From: Callorhinchus milii
Taxonomy: Eukaryota
Reading direction: 5' to 3'
Assembly: GCF_018977255.1 (NCBI RefSeq)
Contig: NW_024704762.1
Coordinates: 7,440,001-7,504,000 of the forward strand
Length of the DNA: 64,000 nucleotides
The notes under the pieces are model-generated. The model saw nothing but the letters and a program-made list of their open reading frames with translations. It searched no databases and was not told the origin of the DNA. Position 1 is the first letter of the stretch. Every line of letters starts with the position of its first letter. Of the stretch, positions 26,816-40,290 are shown one piece after another. A program made the position numbers and the translations under genes.

Positions 26816-27534
26816 GAACAGGGTACAGTCAGGAAAGTGAGTTCCGCACTGTCAAATTAGTATGGGCAAAACTTTAGATTCAGATTGTATTGTGGAATAG
26901 TTCCACGAGCGGCCTGACTGGTAGCCTCTCTATTGGTGTTTGTAGCCCTTTAATGATTTGCTCAATTTGTTACGTGAGTGTGAGCACACAGATCAACCAT
27001 GGGGGACATTTCATTCTCACTTGACATGCAAGGATGCGCTGTTTTCAGCACTAGGTTAACCATTCCACCCCACTTTCTTTAGTTGAGGAGCGTTGAGATT
27101 GATTGTTGCTTTTCAAATGTTGTTCCAGTTGACATGAGCGTCTTCAACACAAGTTGTAACTCACTTGCCTGCCAAAGCCTCTGTTGTATTCTGTTATCTG
27201 AAAGCTGTATTCTGTCCAGCGTCTTGGGACGTCCTCTCGACGTGAAAGGCGCTATGCAAATGTAATCTTGTTGTTGTTGTATTTACATTTTCTCCTCAGT
27301 TTAACATCTCATCCAAAGCACTGCAACCCTGACAATGCAGCACTTCTGAAGCGAGGCTACAAACTGAGCCAGACTGACACTTTACCTGGTGTGAGCAATA
27401 CCAGTGCAAATCTAGCCTGTGTTGTACACAAATGGCGGAGGGAGGATAATGTGTTAGCTTCATCCAAAGCCAAATCTTGCAGATATCCAAATGGTCTCTG
27501 ATCAACCTTGCTGATCTTGTGCTGGTCTTAGCTA

Positions 27535-27715
27535 TGAGCTATGAACGATTAGATAAGCAAGAGTTCTTCAGCCTTGAAAGATATATCTCTGAGGGGACCT
27601 TGAAGAGGTGTATATGATTTTAAATGGGATTGAGAGAGTAAAGCCACAACAATAGTTTCAGATACATCAAGAACAGGAGAGCACAAGTCCAGGGTAAGTT
27701 AGGGAAACTTAAGTA
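27535..27715 (+). mobile_element. Decayed CR1 ORF2 C-terminal fragment
   Basis: YERLDKQEFFSLERY..GDLEEVYMILNGIERV resembles CR1 YEERLxxLGLFSLExRRLRGDLIEVYKIMxGxDRV. Confidence 0.6.
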
Positions 27716-29143
27716 GGATAATAATAATCCCTGCATTTGATATAGCGCCTTATCACGTCTTCGAGATGTCCCAAAGCAGGATATACCATAAAGTGAATTG
27801 ACTGTATATTTTGTGGGCGAAACAAAATGATGAGACTAAATGGACTCCAAGACCTTTTACATCTGAATCCATCTTGTGATTTGTTTTTTCAAAGAGCCGC
27901 AGTTTTCCAAGATTTGTGCAATGCCGAGATGGGAATAATATTGTGGATGGAGATACCAAACTCATTAAATGTGCCTAAGGTTAAGACTGTAGAGACCTCA
28001 TCAAGAAGCTGAGAAGATGGCGGGGGGAACGAGAAGTGTGAAAACAAGAAATCCTTGCAGGTGTGACTTGGCAAGGAACTGCTCGATCCAGCTTCATTCA
28101 TAATTCTGAGTGAGAGAATTGCTGACAGTTGAGTTTAAGGTAATGCATCCTTTGAAACCTCTGGTTTCATTTCATTTCACATATTCTTTATGGTTTCTTG
28201 TGCCCTTCGGGAAGGATTCAAACTGCTGAGATACTTAGAACAAATAGAGAGTCAAGTGTGGGTTCGACTGAGGCTGGGCTGGACGCCTTACACAGACTGT
28301 TCTGAAGTGTGGTTTTACATGATACATGTATTGTGATGGGTTCTGTCCTTCTTGCTCTTATCAGTGCAAATAGCGTTGGGTTATTGTTATTCGTGGGCAT
28401 TTCTTCCTAAAGTGGCAGAATCTTTCCTCTGTAATTGGGAGGTCCTGTGCAGATACAACAATTTGCATTTGTATAGCACCCTTGAAGCGAGGTAAAGTCT
28501 CGGAGCGTTAGTCAAGATTTCTTGCAGCAGATTAGCGAGTATTGAATTAGGTACCAGCTAGCCATTGAGCAATGAAGTACACTGAAGCCAACCATTGACT
28601 CCTGGTAATCAGTGTTGGAGGAGTTTGCCTTTTAATCTGTGATCGCTTAAAAAGAAACAACGAGGTGGTGGTGGAGCCAAAGAGAACAGAGGAAATTTGA
28701 TGAGAATTGGGGTTGAGTAAGAACTGGGCTAGCCTTCAGGTAAATTACTCAGTTGTGGTTTGTTGAATTTTTCAAAGGGATAATAATAAAAAAAATTGTT
28801 CCTTGCATTGAACTGTACCTTCAATGTACCTTCTACTGTACCTTTCATGTCCATACACATTCTGGTGTCCCCAAGCCTTGGCTCTTGCTAACCTGCTACC
28901 CTCCAGAAGTAGGTAAGCAAGGCGTGTCCTGCCAGGAGAGAGAGAGAGAAGTAGAAAAGCAAGATGTGTCCTGCTAGGAGAGAGCAGAGAGAGAGTGCAT
29001 GTGTGGGTGACATACATTTGGAAGGCTCAGTCTGGTTTGCATATTTTTAATTGTGTTAATTCTGCAAAGGTCAAACACCCGATTCTCTTTTAAGTTTTAA
29101 GAGATCGTTGCATAAAAGTAATCTCCGAAGGTAGAGTCTGAAA

Positions 29144-32100
29144 ATGTGCTCGTCCAAAACACACAAAACTGCTGTATTCCTGTGTGTTCATCTGTTTGTT
29201 GAACATCTTCTGCATTCTCAAGCCTCTGTCCTGGACTCTACACCTAGACGATCTGTAAATTATAAAGGTAAGATGTTTGTGGTGTTTTTTCCAACCACAA
29301 TTTCAGAGAGAGAGAGAGAGAAAAAGAGAATTTACTCCTCTAATATGTAGTATTTTGCAATGTGACTGTAACTTACATTATTGCTGTAACTACTTTTGCA
29401 GATGCAAAGTTGAAAACTTTCACCGAAAAAGGACTGTCCAATGTTTCATCACTGCTGCTCAGTGAGGAGCACAAGCTGCTGATTGTTGGTGCCAGAGATG
29501 CTATCTTTGCACTCAACATTGAGGATATTTCAAAGACTATTTCACAAGTAAGCATTGTTGTGATAATAATAATAATAATAATAATCCTTGCATTTGATAT
29601 AGCGCTTTTCACGTCGGGAGGACGTCCCAAAGCGCTTCACAGAACACACTGTAAAGTGAATTGACTGTATATTTGTGGGCGAACGCGGCAGCCAATTGCG
29701 CACAGCAATGTCCCACAAACAGTCGCAGATTGAAAATGACCAATTTATTATTGTTTTTGGTTTTGGAGGGATTAATATTAGGCTCTGTGTGGAGTAAGGA
29801 AATTTGCCCAAGGTTTCGCCCTGACCTGCCTGGAATTGTACTCAGGTCTCTCAACCATCACACAACCATCTGAATCCACACTGAGCGGTGTACAATCTCA
29901 AAATTGTACTTGCCTCGCAAGTGAGAGGACTCAGGTTTGGTTCCTGGGCAGGGCGAAACCTTAGGGATGTTTTCCTTATTCCACACACCTGTTTACCTAG
30001 CAGTAAGTTGTATCCCAGTGTTAATTGACTGGTGGATCGCTTTCCGGGGTAATAATCCCTTCAATTAAAAAATGATGATTTGCTCACTCAATCCACGACT
30101 GTTTTTGAGACACTGCTATGCCCAATCGCAGTCACGTTTCTCCCACGAAAATATACAGTCAATTAATTTACAGTTTGTTCTGTGAAGCGCTTTGAGACGT
30201 CTCGACGACGTGATCTGGCGCTATATCAAATGCAAGGATTATTATTATTAATATTAAAATGAAGACTGGCCACTTGGGACAAAAGACTAGGAAAGTCTTT
30301 CAGGAAAGGGGTACATTTAATGTAGCTGAGAAGAGTAAAAGATCGGAGGGAGGACTGGAGTTACTGCAGAATTTGATTTAAAATTCTCTGGCTTCTCTTC
30401 CAAGTACAAAATAAAAGCAGCCATCTCCGCAGTTTTATGCATTTGTAGCTCTCTTCCTTTTTCTAGGAAGCATGGCCAGCCCCTGAAGCGAATAGCAGCG
30501 AGTGTGAGAAGAAAGGGAAATCTCGAAACGTACGTACATGTCGCAAGTAGCCAGAAGTCTCTCAAGATAATCTGCCGCCCTCTCTTATTCCCTTAGAAGT
30601 TTAGCAGGTTTAGCATTAACTTAAAAGAGATCAATTTACCGTAAAGCACCCTTACTGGCACTCGCTGTAGCCCTGTTCATCTCAATTTCGCCAGTTGAGC
30701 ATTCAAAGAAAAAAAATCGCTTCTCTCAGAAATCTGACACCCTAGACAGTGATCTAGTACCAATTCCTAAAGCGGCCCCAGACCGGAGAGGCCAGTTTCT
30801 GGAGGCTTACAGTCAAACGTGAAGATAATTGAAGCTGAAACTGAACGAATGAAAGCAGAGTGCAGTCAGCTCAGATTCTACTGCAGTGGACATCATCCTA
30901 TCAACCACTAGATTTCATGCGGTTAAACAGAATCGTAGCATTTCCCAGCACAGAAGGAGGCCATTAGGTCCATCTTGGTCATTCCAGCTCTCTGACCTAC
31001 TTAACAGCCCTTCTCTGACCCAATACTCATTCAGAAGATCCTAATAAGAACAATAGTTACACAATACACTACACATTTACATTGATTTACAGTGCCTTTC
31101 ACATTGGGTAGGACATCTCAAAGTGGTCATTATGCGAAAGAGTATCCGTCAAAAAAGAATTATATTTATGTTTTTTTCATTGCAGGAAGACTGCCGTAAC
31201 TACATTGTTGGCATCCACAGGGTAACTGAAAACAATTTGTACGTTTGTGGGACACATGCGTTTCATCCAATGTGCGATTACATGGTGAGTATACAGTGGC
31301 TCTGGGGATCAAGTGATCCACAGAGGTAATAGCGTGCTGGACTGAGATTTGTATCTCATTTCACAAATGAAGTAAGGCTCCAGGTATTGAGGTCTATTCA
31401 TATCCAACATGTTGATAAATGTGTTGTTTTTTCTATTTTATTATACCATGTAACTGTAGCGAATCCAAGTAAGAAATTGATATTGGATTTATCTCCAGGA
31501 AGGGTGGTTGAGACCAGGATATTCAACCTTAATTTAAGAAACAGCTCAATACTGTAATGGGAAGACTGTACAGTTGATGTTCTAGGGAATGAGGGGGTGG
31601 GGTGGTGGGGGGGGAGAGATTAAATGGGTAGAAGGTTCTGCTTCATCCCAACCTCTCTTGTGATCTACGTAAAGTCACCCATGCTTCTTAGTGGTTTCAG
31701 GTAGATTTTACCATCAGCTGATCTAGTTCTTATTATATTAGAAAACTACATGCACGCACGACACAGGGTATCGATAAGTATACTGGTTGCTCTCAAAATG
31801 AAGGTGTAACACAACCGATTCATTTTGCTTTTGTCAAGATCATGATGATAAATTCTCAGAGTGTATGAGTTACTCAGGTTCTGTTTGACAGACTGTTGAC
31901 AATGGTAAAATCCAACTGAAGAGGCAACCGAAATTCAGCAAGGGAAAGGCACCGTATGACCCGAAGTACACTTACACCTCCATCGTGGTCGGTATGTCAT
32001 TCAATTCAAGTTGACCACTTTGTTCTCCAAAAAATAATAGTTTCCAGCGTTACAGTTTGTAGTTCTTGCACTGTGCAAAAGAAGAGTTGCAGAGAATGAA

Positions 32101-35100
32101 ACGATTTTAATTCATCTGCAGAAATTGAGACGTCTTGACGACGTGATAAGGCGCTATATCAAATGCAAGAATTATTGTTGAATATGTTCTGTTTGGAAAA
32201 GACTGACGGAAAAAACTTGCACGTTGTCTGAATGAACAGTCTATTCCATCTTATTTACACTGAATCCTTTTTACTGTAATTTGGACTGGAATTCAATTGA
32301 GGTATCGTTCTAGTCATTACAGTGTGTTTAAAAAAAGCTGAACTAAAGAGACCAATAATCCAGTAACACCCAATCTTTGTAAATTGCAATAATAATAATT
32401 TAACAAGAACCTTTGTGTTTGATATAGCTGTCTGAAAGTACTTGTAGTGATTGTACCTTGTAGGCAAATCCATCTGTTGACCATAACGAAAGCCCTTGTG
32501 TTTAATTCAACCTTAGTGTTAGGATATAATAATAATTCTTGCATTTGATATTGCGCCTTATGACATCGTTGAGATTTCTCAAAGTGCTTTACAGAATATA
32601 ATCTAAAGTGGAGTGACTTTGAGTTTTGCGTGCAGCCAATTGCGCACTGTAGTGTCCTACAAACAGTTGTTTATAATATTTAGATATTATCGTTTTAATG
32701 CAGTTCATAGTTAAATGACTTTTCACTCTACTTTCATCAACCAACTGTGATTCATCTTCTGGTTGTTATGTGTTTCAATGCATTTTAGACGGAGAGCTTT
32801 ATTCGGCAACAGAAAACAATTTCCTTGGCTCTCAGCCGATTTTCCAACGCAGCCTTAAGGACAGTAGCCTGAGAACAGAGAACATTGGTTGCTGGCTGAA
32901 AAGTGCGTACATCCTGTGTGTAACAGTGGAAGGTTCCAGGAACTCCTTTCTCTCATCCAGCATGTTTTGGAGTCGGGTTATGTTTTGATCTGACCTTTGA
33001 ATTGAAACCAAACAGACCCTCCTCCCGCACTATCACCCAACCATACCAGATTCACAAGCTTTGACATCATTGGGTTTGATTCCTTCACTAGAGTCTTCTC
33101 CTGTTATTTATGCCTTCCCCTGTCTTTTATGTCCTGGTTCCTCCTCCCAATGCATACTTGAGTTTGAGTATGCCTGAACTCAACTGATAACATAGCCCAG
33201 AATCCTGTTTACCCTTGTTTATTGCTGCTGCGTTCTGCTTTGACAAGATGAGTGATGTGTCAATTGACATCCCTAGGTATCGTTCAGTTCCCCTTCCCCC
33301 TTCCCGCTCCCCAGCAGTTTCTCTTAACTGTTCGCAGAACAGTACTGATGTGAGCAAATCTACCGTAGATTTGCTCTGTGCAGTCATTCTGAATATCAAT
33401 GCATTTTATTTTGACAGATCCCAATTTTGTTTATGTGGACGTGGTGCGGGAGAGTGAAGACAGCCCCGAGGGTGACGAAGATAAGATTTACCTTTTTTTC
33501 AGTGAGGTGGCCATTGAGTATAATTTCAAATCTGAAGTACTGATCTCAAGAGTTGCCCGAGTGTGTAAGGTGAGTGCTCCGTGATGGGATGCCTTTGGTC
33601 TTGCTTTATAAATCAAACGTGGTGAGTCAAGTCACTTCACAAACATCTTTATATCTTATCTACTGTGTGGGCCTGCAGTGGGGATTCAGCCTGCGTAATT
33701 ATATAATCGCCTTGCAACAGCAGAGCGCACAAGTGCACTACTTAAGTTGCACAACTTAAGTAGCTGAAGAGACAAAAGGCAAAACATTTCAACCATTGAG
33801 GAGGTGCAGCTAATCATTGCCTGGATTGTCCCAAGGCGCTGGATGTATTCATTGTAGGGACTGTGTATTCTGGAGGGAAATGTGGTGGACAATTTGCTGA
33901 GAGTCACGTCCCAGAGAGAGTATCAGATAAGCCCCAGAACAGTAACAATATGTGATAAAAGGAAAGAACTGGAATGTGGGATTAATAACAAAGGATGATA
34001 AAATAGTCCATGGCACAGACACAATGGACCAAATAGCCTTCTTCTGTGACAAAACTTTGTAGGTTTCTTCACTATAGGATGGTGCAGAACCATTGGATTC
34101 GGAGCTACTGTTGTAAGTTGGAATATTATTATTATTATCATTATTATTAAAATTGATATTATTAATATATAATGTATTTTTGTTCATGTTTGTTCCGATG
34201 AGTCCAGGGGGATAAGGGTGGCCAACGGATTTTGCAGAGGAAGTGGAGCTCCTTTGTGAAGGCTGGACTTGAGTGCAATTTTCCTAAGTCAAACTATCCA
34301 TTTAATGTCATTCAGGATGTTTTTTTATTGAGGGCACCCAAATGGAGAGATAATATTTTCTACGCCACCTTCACATCACAGTGGTAAGCCAAAAAAAAGA
34401 CATTAAAACAAAATGTTTGAAGGTCAACCGCGTGAATAAAAGTATACAAGCATTTCCACCTAATGCGAGTGGAAGCTGCTTTAAGCGGACGCCAGTTAAA
34501 CTTTGGACGGCGGGTAAATTGGACAAAACGCCCGGTCCCGACTCATTTATATTCTTACCCGTTTTAAAAATGGCTTCTGACTCCGTTCAGCCACCAGTGG
34601 AAGCTGGTTTTGGAAGCTGCCCGCTGAGGCAAACTAATGTTACTCACACAGGAGCCTGCAGAACAACTCCGCAGTCTGTACTTTCACTATGGCGGCGATT
34701 CAAAAAGTATTTAACGAAGGAAACTTCAAAACATTTGATATAATTCATCACAAGATGATGGAGTCCATAAAACCAAATCCTGTGCCCCGTCCTGGAACTG
34801 TAAGTACAAGAACTTTCCAAACACAAAACAAAATCTGCACAACAATTAGAGGCTGCTTTTCTTTCTGCATAAAATGGAATACATGTTTACTTCCAGCCTG
34901 TATTTTTTGTTATGGAGAACGATCCTTGTATTTGATATGGTGACATTACTGTTGAAATAGCCAGTGTTGTAATAACAATAAATAATCCTATGATATAATA
35001 ATCCTTGCATTTGATATAATAATAATCCTTGCATTTGATATAATAATAATCCTTGCATTTGATATAATAATAATCCTTGCATTTGATATAGCGTTTTTCA

Positions 35101-38100
35101 CGTCTTCTAGACGTCTCAAAGCGCTTAACAGAATATACTGTAAACTGAAATGACTGTATATTTGTGGGAGAAACGCGGCAGCCAATTGTGCACAGCAGCG
35201 TCCCACAAGCAGTCGTGGATTGAAGTGACCAATTTTATCATTGTTTTTTTCTTGAGGGATTATTATCAGGCAAGGAAAGTTGCCCAAGGTTTCGCCCGGC
35301 CAGGAATCAAACCCAGGTCTCTCGCTTGCGAGGCGAATGTTCTACCACTGAGCTACAGGACACCTAGCAATTAATCACGTCTTTGAGACGTCTCAAAGAG
35401 CTTCACAGAATATACTGCAGAGAGAATTGACTGTATATTTTGTGGGCAAAATATTGTATATATAAATGTATGTGAGATGTACAATTGCAGGAGTTAGTAG
35501 CATTTGAAGGCTGTTGAAATCTGGTATTCTTGTTCTATCTAGTGTATCAATAATAATCTGACTAAGAGCGGCTATAAGACCTCTCTGGATCTGCCGGATC
35601 AAACCCTTCTGTTTCTACAAACGCATCCCTTGTTGAATGATGTGGTGATGCCTAAAGACAACCAGCCGGTGTTAGTAAAACAAGCCACTATTTACACCCA
35701 GATAGTTGTGCATAGAGTGACTGCCACCGACCAGAAGCAATACAACGTCATTTTCTTGGGAACAGGTAATTTGTACTCTGAAATATGTGCTTACTTTACA
35801 CTGAAGGAAATTTACACCAAAAGATCTGATTTAAGCTTTCTAAGTGTCCTTTTTAAAAGTGGACATCATACAAAGAAAGGTACAAATGCAGGAACATTGT
35901 ACGTAACCAAATATAGGCATTTCTCTGGATGTGTATGACTAATATGTAACCCGCAGTGAGTGAATGGCTTGCTGTTATAAGCAAATAATTATCTGTGAGA
36001 GTGAAGCTTGAGCAGTTTAAAGGCTTCAATAAAAATCAGAGCTCATGGCAGTGATACAAGTTCCCTGCTGCTGGCCACTGGTGTTTGTTCTCATCAAAAT
36101 GAGAGACGTCTATAGTATTCGAGTGAATCTTTAGGAGTTTCCGGGAGAAACTCCCTTGTCTTTTTGAAGAGGGCAATTAATGTCCACATGAACAGGCAGT
36201 GAGGACTTTGGTTGAAACATCTCAAGCCTTCTGAGAAAGTTTTTCTGTGGAATATTTTGGGCCTGGTTGATGACTTTGCACCAGAGAAACAAAATGTGGC
36301 CATTCAGAACCTGTAACATTAAACCTGGATGTTCACTCTTTTTTTTCAGACAAAGGATACTTGCATAAGGCACTGAGTATAACTGGGAAGATGTTCATTG
36401 TTGAAGAGGTACAGATCTTTCCTTCTGAGGAACCTGTGAAAAATCTGCAGATTTCACCAACCAGGGTAAAATAATAATAATATTTGATATAGCCCCTTAT
36501 CACGTCTTTGAGACGTCTCAAAGCCCTTCACAGAATATACTGTAAAGTGAATTGACTGTATTTTTGTGGGCGAAAAATAGTTTACAACAATGTGAATGCT
36601 GGGTGTAATTAATGTGTGGGGAGAATAGAATTTTTTTTCTTATGATGATAGCTTTCATTGATGTAAAATTGTTTTGCTTCCCAGGGTCAGTTGTACATCA
36701 GCTCCCCATCTCAGGTGGTACAAGTGCCTGTAGCTGTCTGCAGTCAGCACAAGACCTGCTGGGACTGTGTGTTGGCAAGGGATCCTTACTGTGCCTGGGA
36801 TACAATGTCAAGACAATGCCTCAACATTGCAAGCAAAGACAGCAAGTGAGTACCGAGCCTCCTCTGCATGTATGTTCCTAGTGTAGTGGGAAACCCTGCC
36901 TGCATATACTGGGTATGACTTTGGTTCTGTAAATCCAGATCAACTAAGGCCATTGTTGATGTGTTTCCCAGTTGGGTCTCATCTCAGCTGGGTTGGTCAG
37001 CACTCTTGCCTCTGGTTCAGAAGCCACACACATCAGGCCTTTAGTTTGTCATGGTCCAGGCTGAAACGCCAGTGAGGTATTGGGGGGCAGGTGGTGGGGA
37101 GGGAATGAGAACATAAGAAATCAGGAACAAGTTCATTTGGCTCTGCCACAGATCATTCCGTGGCCCATGCACCACAACCTTCCTTAAACCCACCTCCCTG
37201 CCATATCCCCTAAAATATTTACTCTCTAAGTAAGTCTTTGTCTGATCTTGCTGTACACAAATTGCCTGCCACATTTGCCCACAAATGAGCTTTTTTCCCC
37301 CAAACCAGAGGATGGATCCAGAACGTGGAGAACGGAGACGCTTCGGAATGCCCCAGTCCAAGTACGTACCCTGCGAGCAGCTTTCTGCAAAATCATCAAT
37401 TAAAAGGTCTTCTGGACTAAAGCTAGGTGCAATTTCAGACGTGGACTGGACTTTCCTGTTCACCCCTCTTGCCCCTGAGCTGAAGTCAACTGTAGTACCC
37501 TTACTATCGACCTGGCTCCGATCTAATACTGATAATCCTTATATTTAATATAGCGGTTTATCACGTTGTCAAAACGTCTCAAAGCGCTTGACAGAATACA
37601 CTGTAAAGTGGTTTCATCATTATGATGATCTACCTGAGATCCACTGAAAGCACAAATCAAGGATCCAACTCTCAGTTGTTCCTTGGGTTACAGTAAGGAG
37701 CCAAGTATCTGCACTAATTGGCTCTGGCCCCATCATAGATAAGCAAACAGAGTGGATAATTGAGTGTCAAATAAATTACAAATTAGCTATAGCGCTAACT
37801 AAAATATTGTTGCATTGGGCATTATCATAGTACAACACAGAATCAGCCTTCTATGCAGACAGACAATGCTACTGCTTTGGTATCTTTAAAAGATCTGGAA
37901 GCATGTCAGTTCTTCTGTAATTTTGTTTATAATACAGTTTAATACAATATTTTGATGGAATTGGTCATATTAAATCAAGCACAAATTCTCCTCTCTTCAG
38001 GAAGGGCTTCGCTACAATATCAAGTGATTATTCTGAAACATAGCGATTTTTTGAAATGCCATTCGACATCTAACCTCGCTCAGAAGGAGTGGCTCCTCAA

Positions 38101-38827
38101 TGGAGAGAAGCTTCCAACAGATAATTCAAAGTACATCCATATCAAGGATGGATTATTAATACTTAACCTCTCTAGAAATGACAAGGGTCAGTATGACTGC
38201 CAGGCTGTTGAAATGACTAATGGGAAAAAATTCACTCACATCCTGGCAAGTTATTCCCTGTTGCTCCGTGAATCTAGATCAGTTCATCTCTCTCGTCCTG
38301 CCATGTTTGAGCAACCGAATTGGGCTCCGAATCATAAATCTGGAGTTCTCTCCACCGCAAAGCGTGACATTTCTACCTTTGGTGCCCGGCAGCCTAATCT
38401 TTTGGTGACACAAAGAGACCTGCGGGCTAACGTTACAGTTCAGAGTTTCCTGGTTCTGTTTGTCATCATGTTTGGGCTTCTCCTGACGTGGAACATTTGG
38501 AAAGGCCATGTGCCTTTTCAGTGGATGAAGTGCATCCCTTCGAGCCATGTCAGCATCAAGCAGTCGCCAGCCAGCCTCCTCAAGAGCTCCGTGCAAAAGC
38601 TAGGAACAAAGATGCCACTGCAGAGGAAGCTGGTGACACCGGGAAACCAGCAACAGCCGAGGAACAACCTACAGCTTATGACCATCGCGAGCGAGAACTC
38701 ATTCAGGGGCAACTGCACCAGTAGCACCACCCTGGTAGACACAGCAAACTCCAGCTGTTCTAGGCCACTTTTTATTCTAGACGACCAGGAATACTTTGAC
38801 GCAGAGGAGCCTGAATCAAACGTGTAG
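29144..38827 (+). CDS. Class-4 transmembrane semaphorin, SEMA4D-like and probably the sema4e lineage, 833 aa; coding exons 29144-29267, 29402-29547, 30467-30529, 31186-31284, 31892-31991, 32789-32902, 33418-33569, 34208-34383, 34652-34799, 35543-35765, 36350-36465, 36685-36845, 37309-37361, 38001-38827
   Basis: Putative signal peptide; sema-domain motifs ([67 protein letters not shown]); PSI domain ([14 protein letters not shown]); Ig domain (LKC...W...DKGQYDC); TM segment; cytoplasmic tail ending ESNV. All introns are GT-AG; total 2502 nt, in frame. Confidence 0.93.
29563..29822 (-). mobile_element. Young SINE copy, 5'-truncated
   Basis: Near-identical to 50168-50380 (same diagnostic cacgtcgggaggacgtcccaaagcgc variant). 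Confidence 0.88.
29909..30252 (+). mobile_element. SINE, long subfamily with an extra internal segment
   Basis: Partial tRNA head, internal ctgtttacctagcagtaag...ggatcgctttcc segment, (TTA)n tail. Confidence 0.85.
34991..35364 (-). mobile_element. Full-length SINE of the same family with a tandemly repeated 24-bp 3' end
   Basis: tRNA-like head at about 35290-35364 (minus). The unit tgatataataataatccttgcatt occurs about 4 times at 34991-35083. Confidence 0.9.
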
Positions 38828-39787
38828 GCTTTGAGTGAAGCATACCATTGCTTGAGGATGAATAGTATGTACATGAGTCCTCCAGTGATCTCATATTCTT
38901 CCCACCTCTGCATTTGTATTTTTAAGGCTTTTAACTTTAGCATTTGTTGAAATTTTACCAAATATTTTCTCCACCTTCCCCCCCCCCCCCCCCCCCCCCA
39001 AGAACAAGATTCTTGTATGGGAAAAGTGATTAAATGAGATTATTTTATGGTTTCTTCCTTGTGCCAGAGATTTCTTGTTCTGCATTTTTTTTCGGGGTGA
39101 TTGGGGGTTGGCAATCAATGATGGTGAATAACCCATTATTGTATCACTAATTTTAACCCCAAATTAAGGGAAGGTTGCTATCACCCACAAAATAGCCCTT
39201 ACCTTTCATAATACACTCTGTGAAGTGCTTTGAGACGACAGCAACAATAAATTACATTTGTATAGCATCTTTCGCCTTGGGAGGATGTCCCAAAGAGCTG
39301 GACGGTCAAGGATTACACCTAAGCTGGATAAGGAGGGGTAGAAGGCAAGGAGGGTGGTGGTAGGAGGGTAACCGAAGCCCCTTGAGAAGCCCTCCCACCA
39401 CAAAATGAGCTGCATCAAAATGTAGGTATTATTAACAATGAGATGCTTTGCAGTATCCTCCTCACTTTATTAAGGACCCCATTCCTGTTCTTGTTAGTGG
39501 CTGCACCAGCATCCCGCCAGAAGTGAGAATTCTTTGGTGTCAGGAAAAAAAAGAATAGTAATCCTTGCATTTGATGTAGTGCCTTATCATGTCATTGAGA
39601 ATTCATAGCGCTTCACGGAATATACTGTAAAGTGAATTGACCGTATATTTTGTGGGCAAAATGCGGCAGCCAATTGCGCACGGCAGTGTCCCACAAATGG
39701 TCACCAACATTTCACCAATTCTTTCCAATTAATCTCAATTTATCAAGCACTTTTGACACGTTTCATGACAAATGCACCTGATCCAAA

Positions 39788-40128
39788 TATAATAATAATT
39801 ATATTATTATTATTATTATATTGTTAGTTTTATTATTATATTACAACAACACATTACATTTGTATAGCACCTTTCATCGTCGGGAGGATGTCCAAAAGTG
39901 CTGAAATTATATACTATAATTACTATAACTATAATTATTATTCTTATTATTATATAATAAAATAATAATTATACCAATAATATGACAATATATTATAATT
40001 GTTATAATATAAAATAATAATCATACCAATAATATAATAATTATTATAATAACAATACAATATATTATATCACTTTTATTATATTATGATATAATAATAA
40101 TAAGTATTGTTATATTATAATAACAATT
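39788..40128. repeat. AT-rich low-complexity (TAA/TAT) tract
   Basis: Almost pure A/T with an embedded L2 tail at about 39843-39903; abuts the COPE CpG promoter. Confidence 0.85.
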
Positions 40129-40137
40129 AGTCTCCCT

Positions 40138-40290
40138 GTGACGTCACTCAGAGCCAGTGCGCCTGCGCGGATTGTGCGGGCGGTGGGAGGGGCGGCGCGA
40201 GGTGGAGAAAGGGGGCGGGAGCTTCTTCGTCACTTCCTGTGCCACGCGTCCCGCTTCCGGAAAGGTGGGAGAGGAAGATGGCGGCCACCC
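40138..40290 (+). promoter_or_regulatory. COPE housekeeping CpG promoter
   Basis: Perfect CRE TGACGTCA at 40139-40146, NRF1-like TGCGCCTGCGC at 40158-40168, GC boxes, ETS/GABP-like CACTTCCTG and GCTTCCGG at about 40231-40260, YY1-type AAGATGGCGGC overlapping the ATG. Confidence 0.8.

Noticed and set aside
31940-31965. Loss of Cys in the sema GxCPxDP motif (here GKAPYDP)
   Set aside because: This position is not invariant among semaphorins (SEMA3A has Ser), so it is not evidence of decay.
37938-38043. Alternative acceptor giving LIQYFDG...* (secreted semaphorin isoform)
   Set aside because: The true linker exon ([15 protein letters not shown]) is at 37309-37361. The LIQ resemblance is short and may be chance, and there is no transcript evidence.
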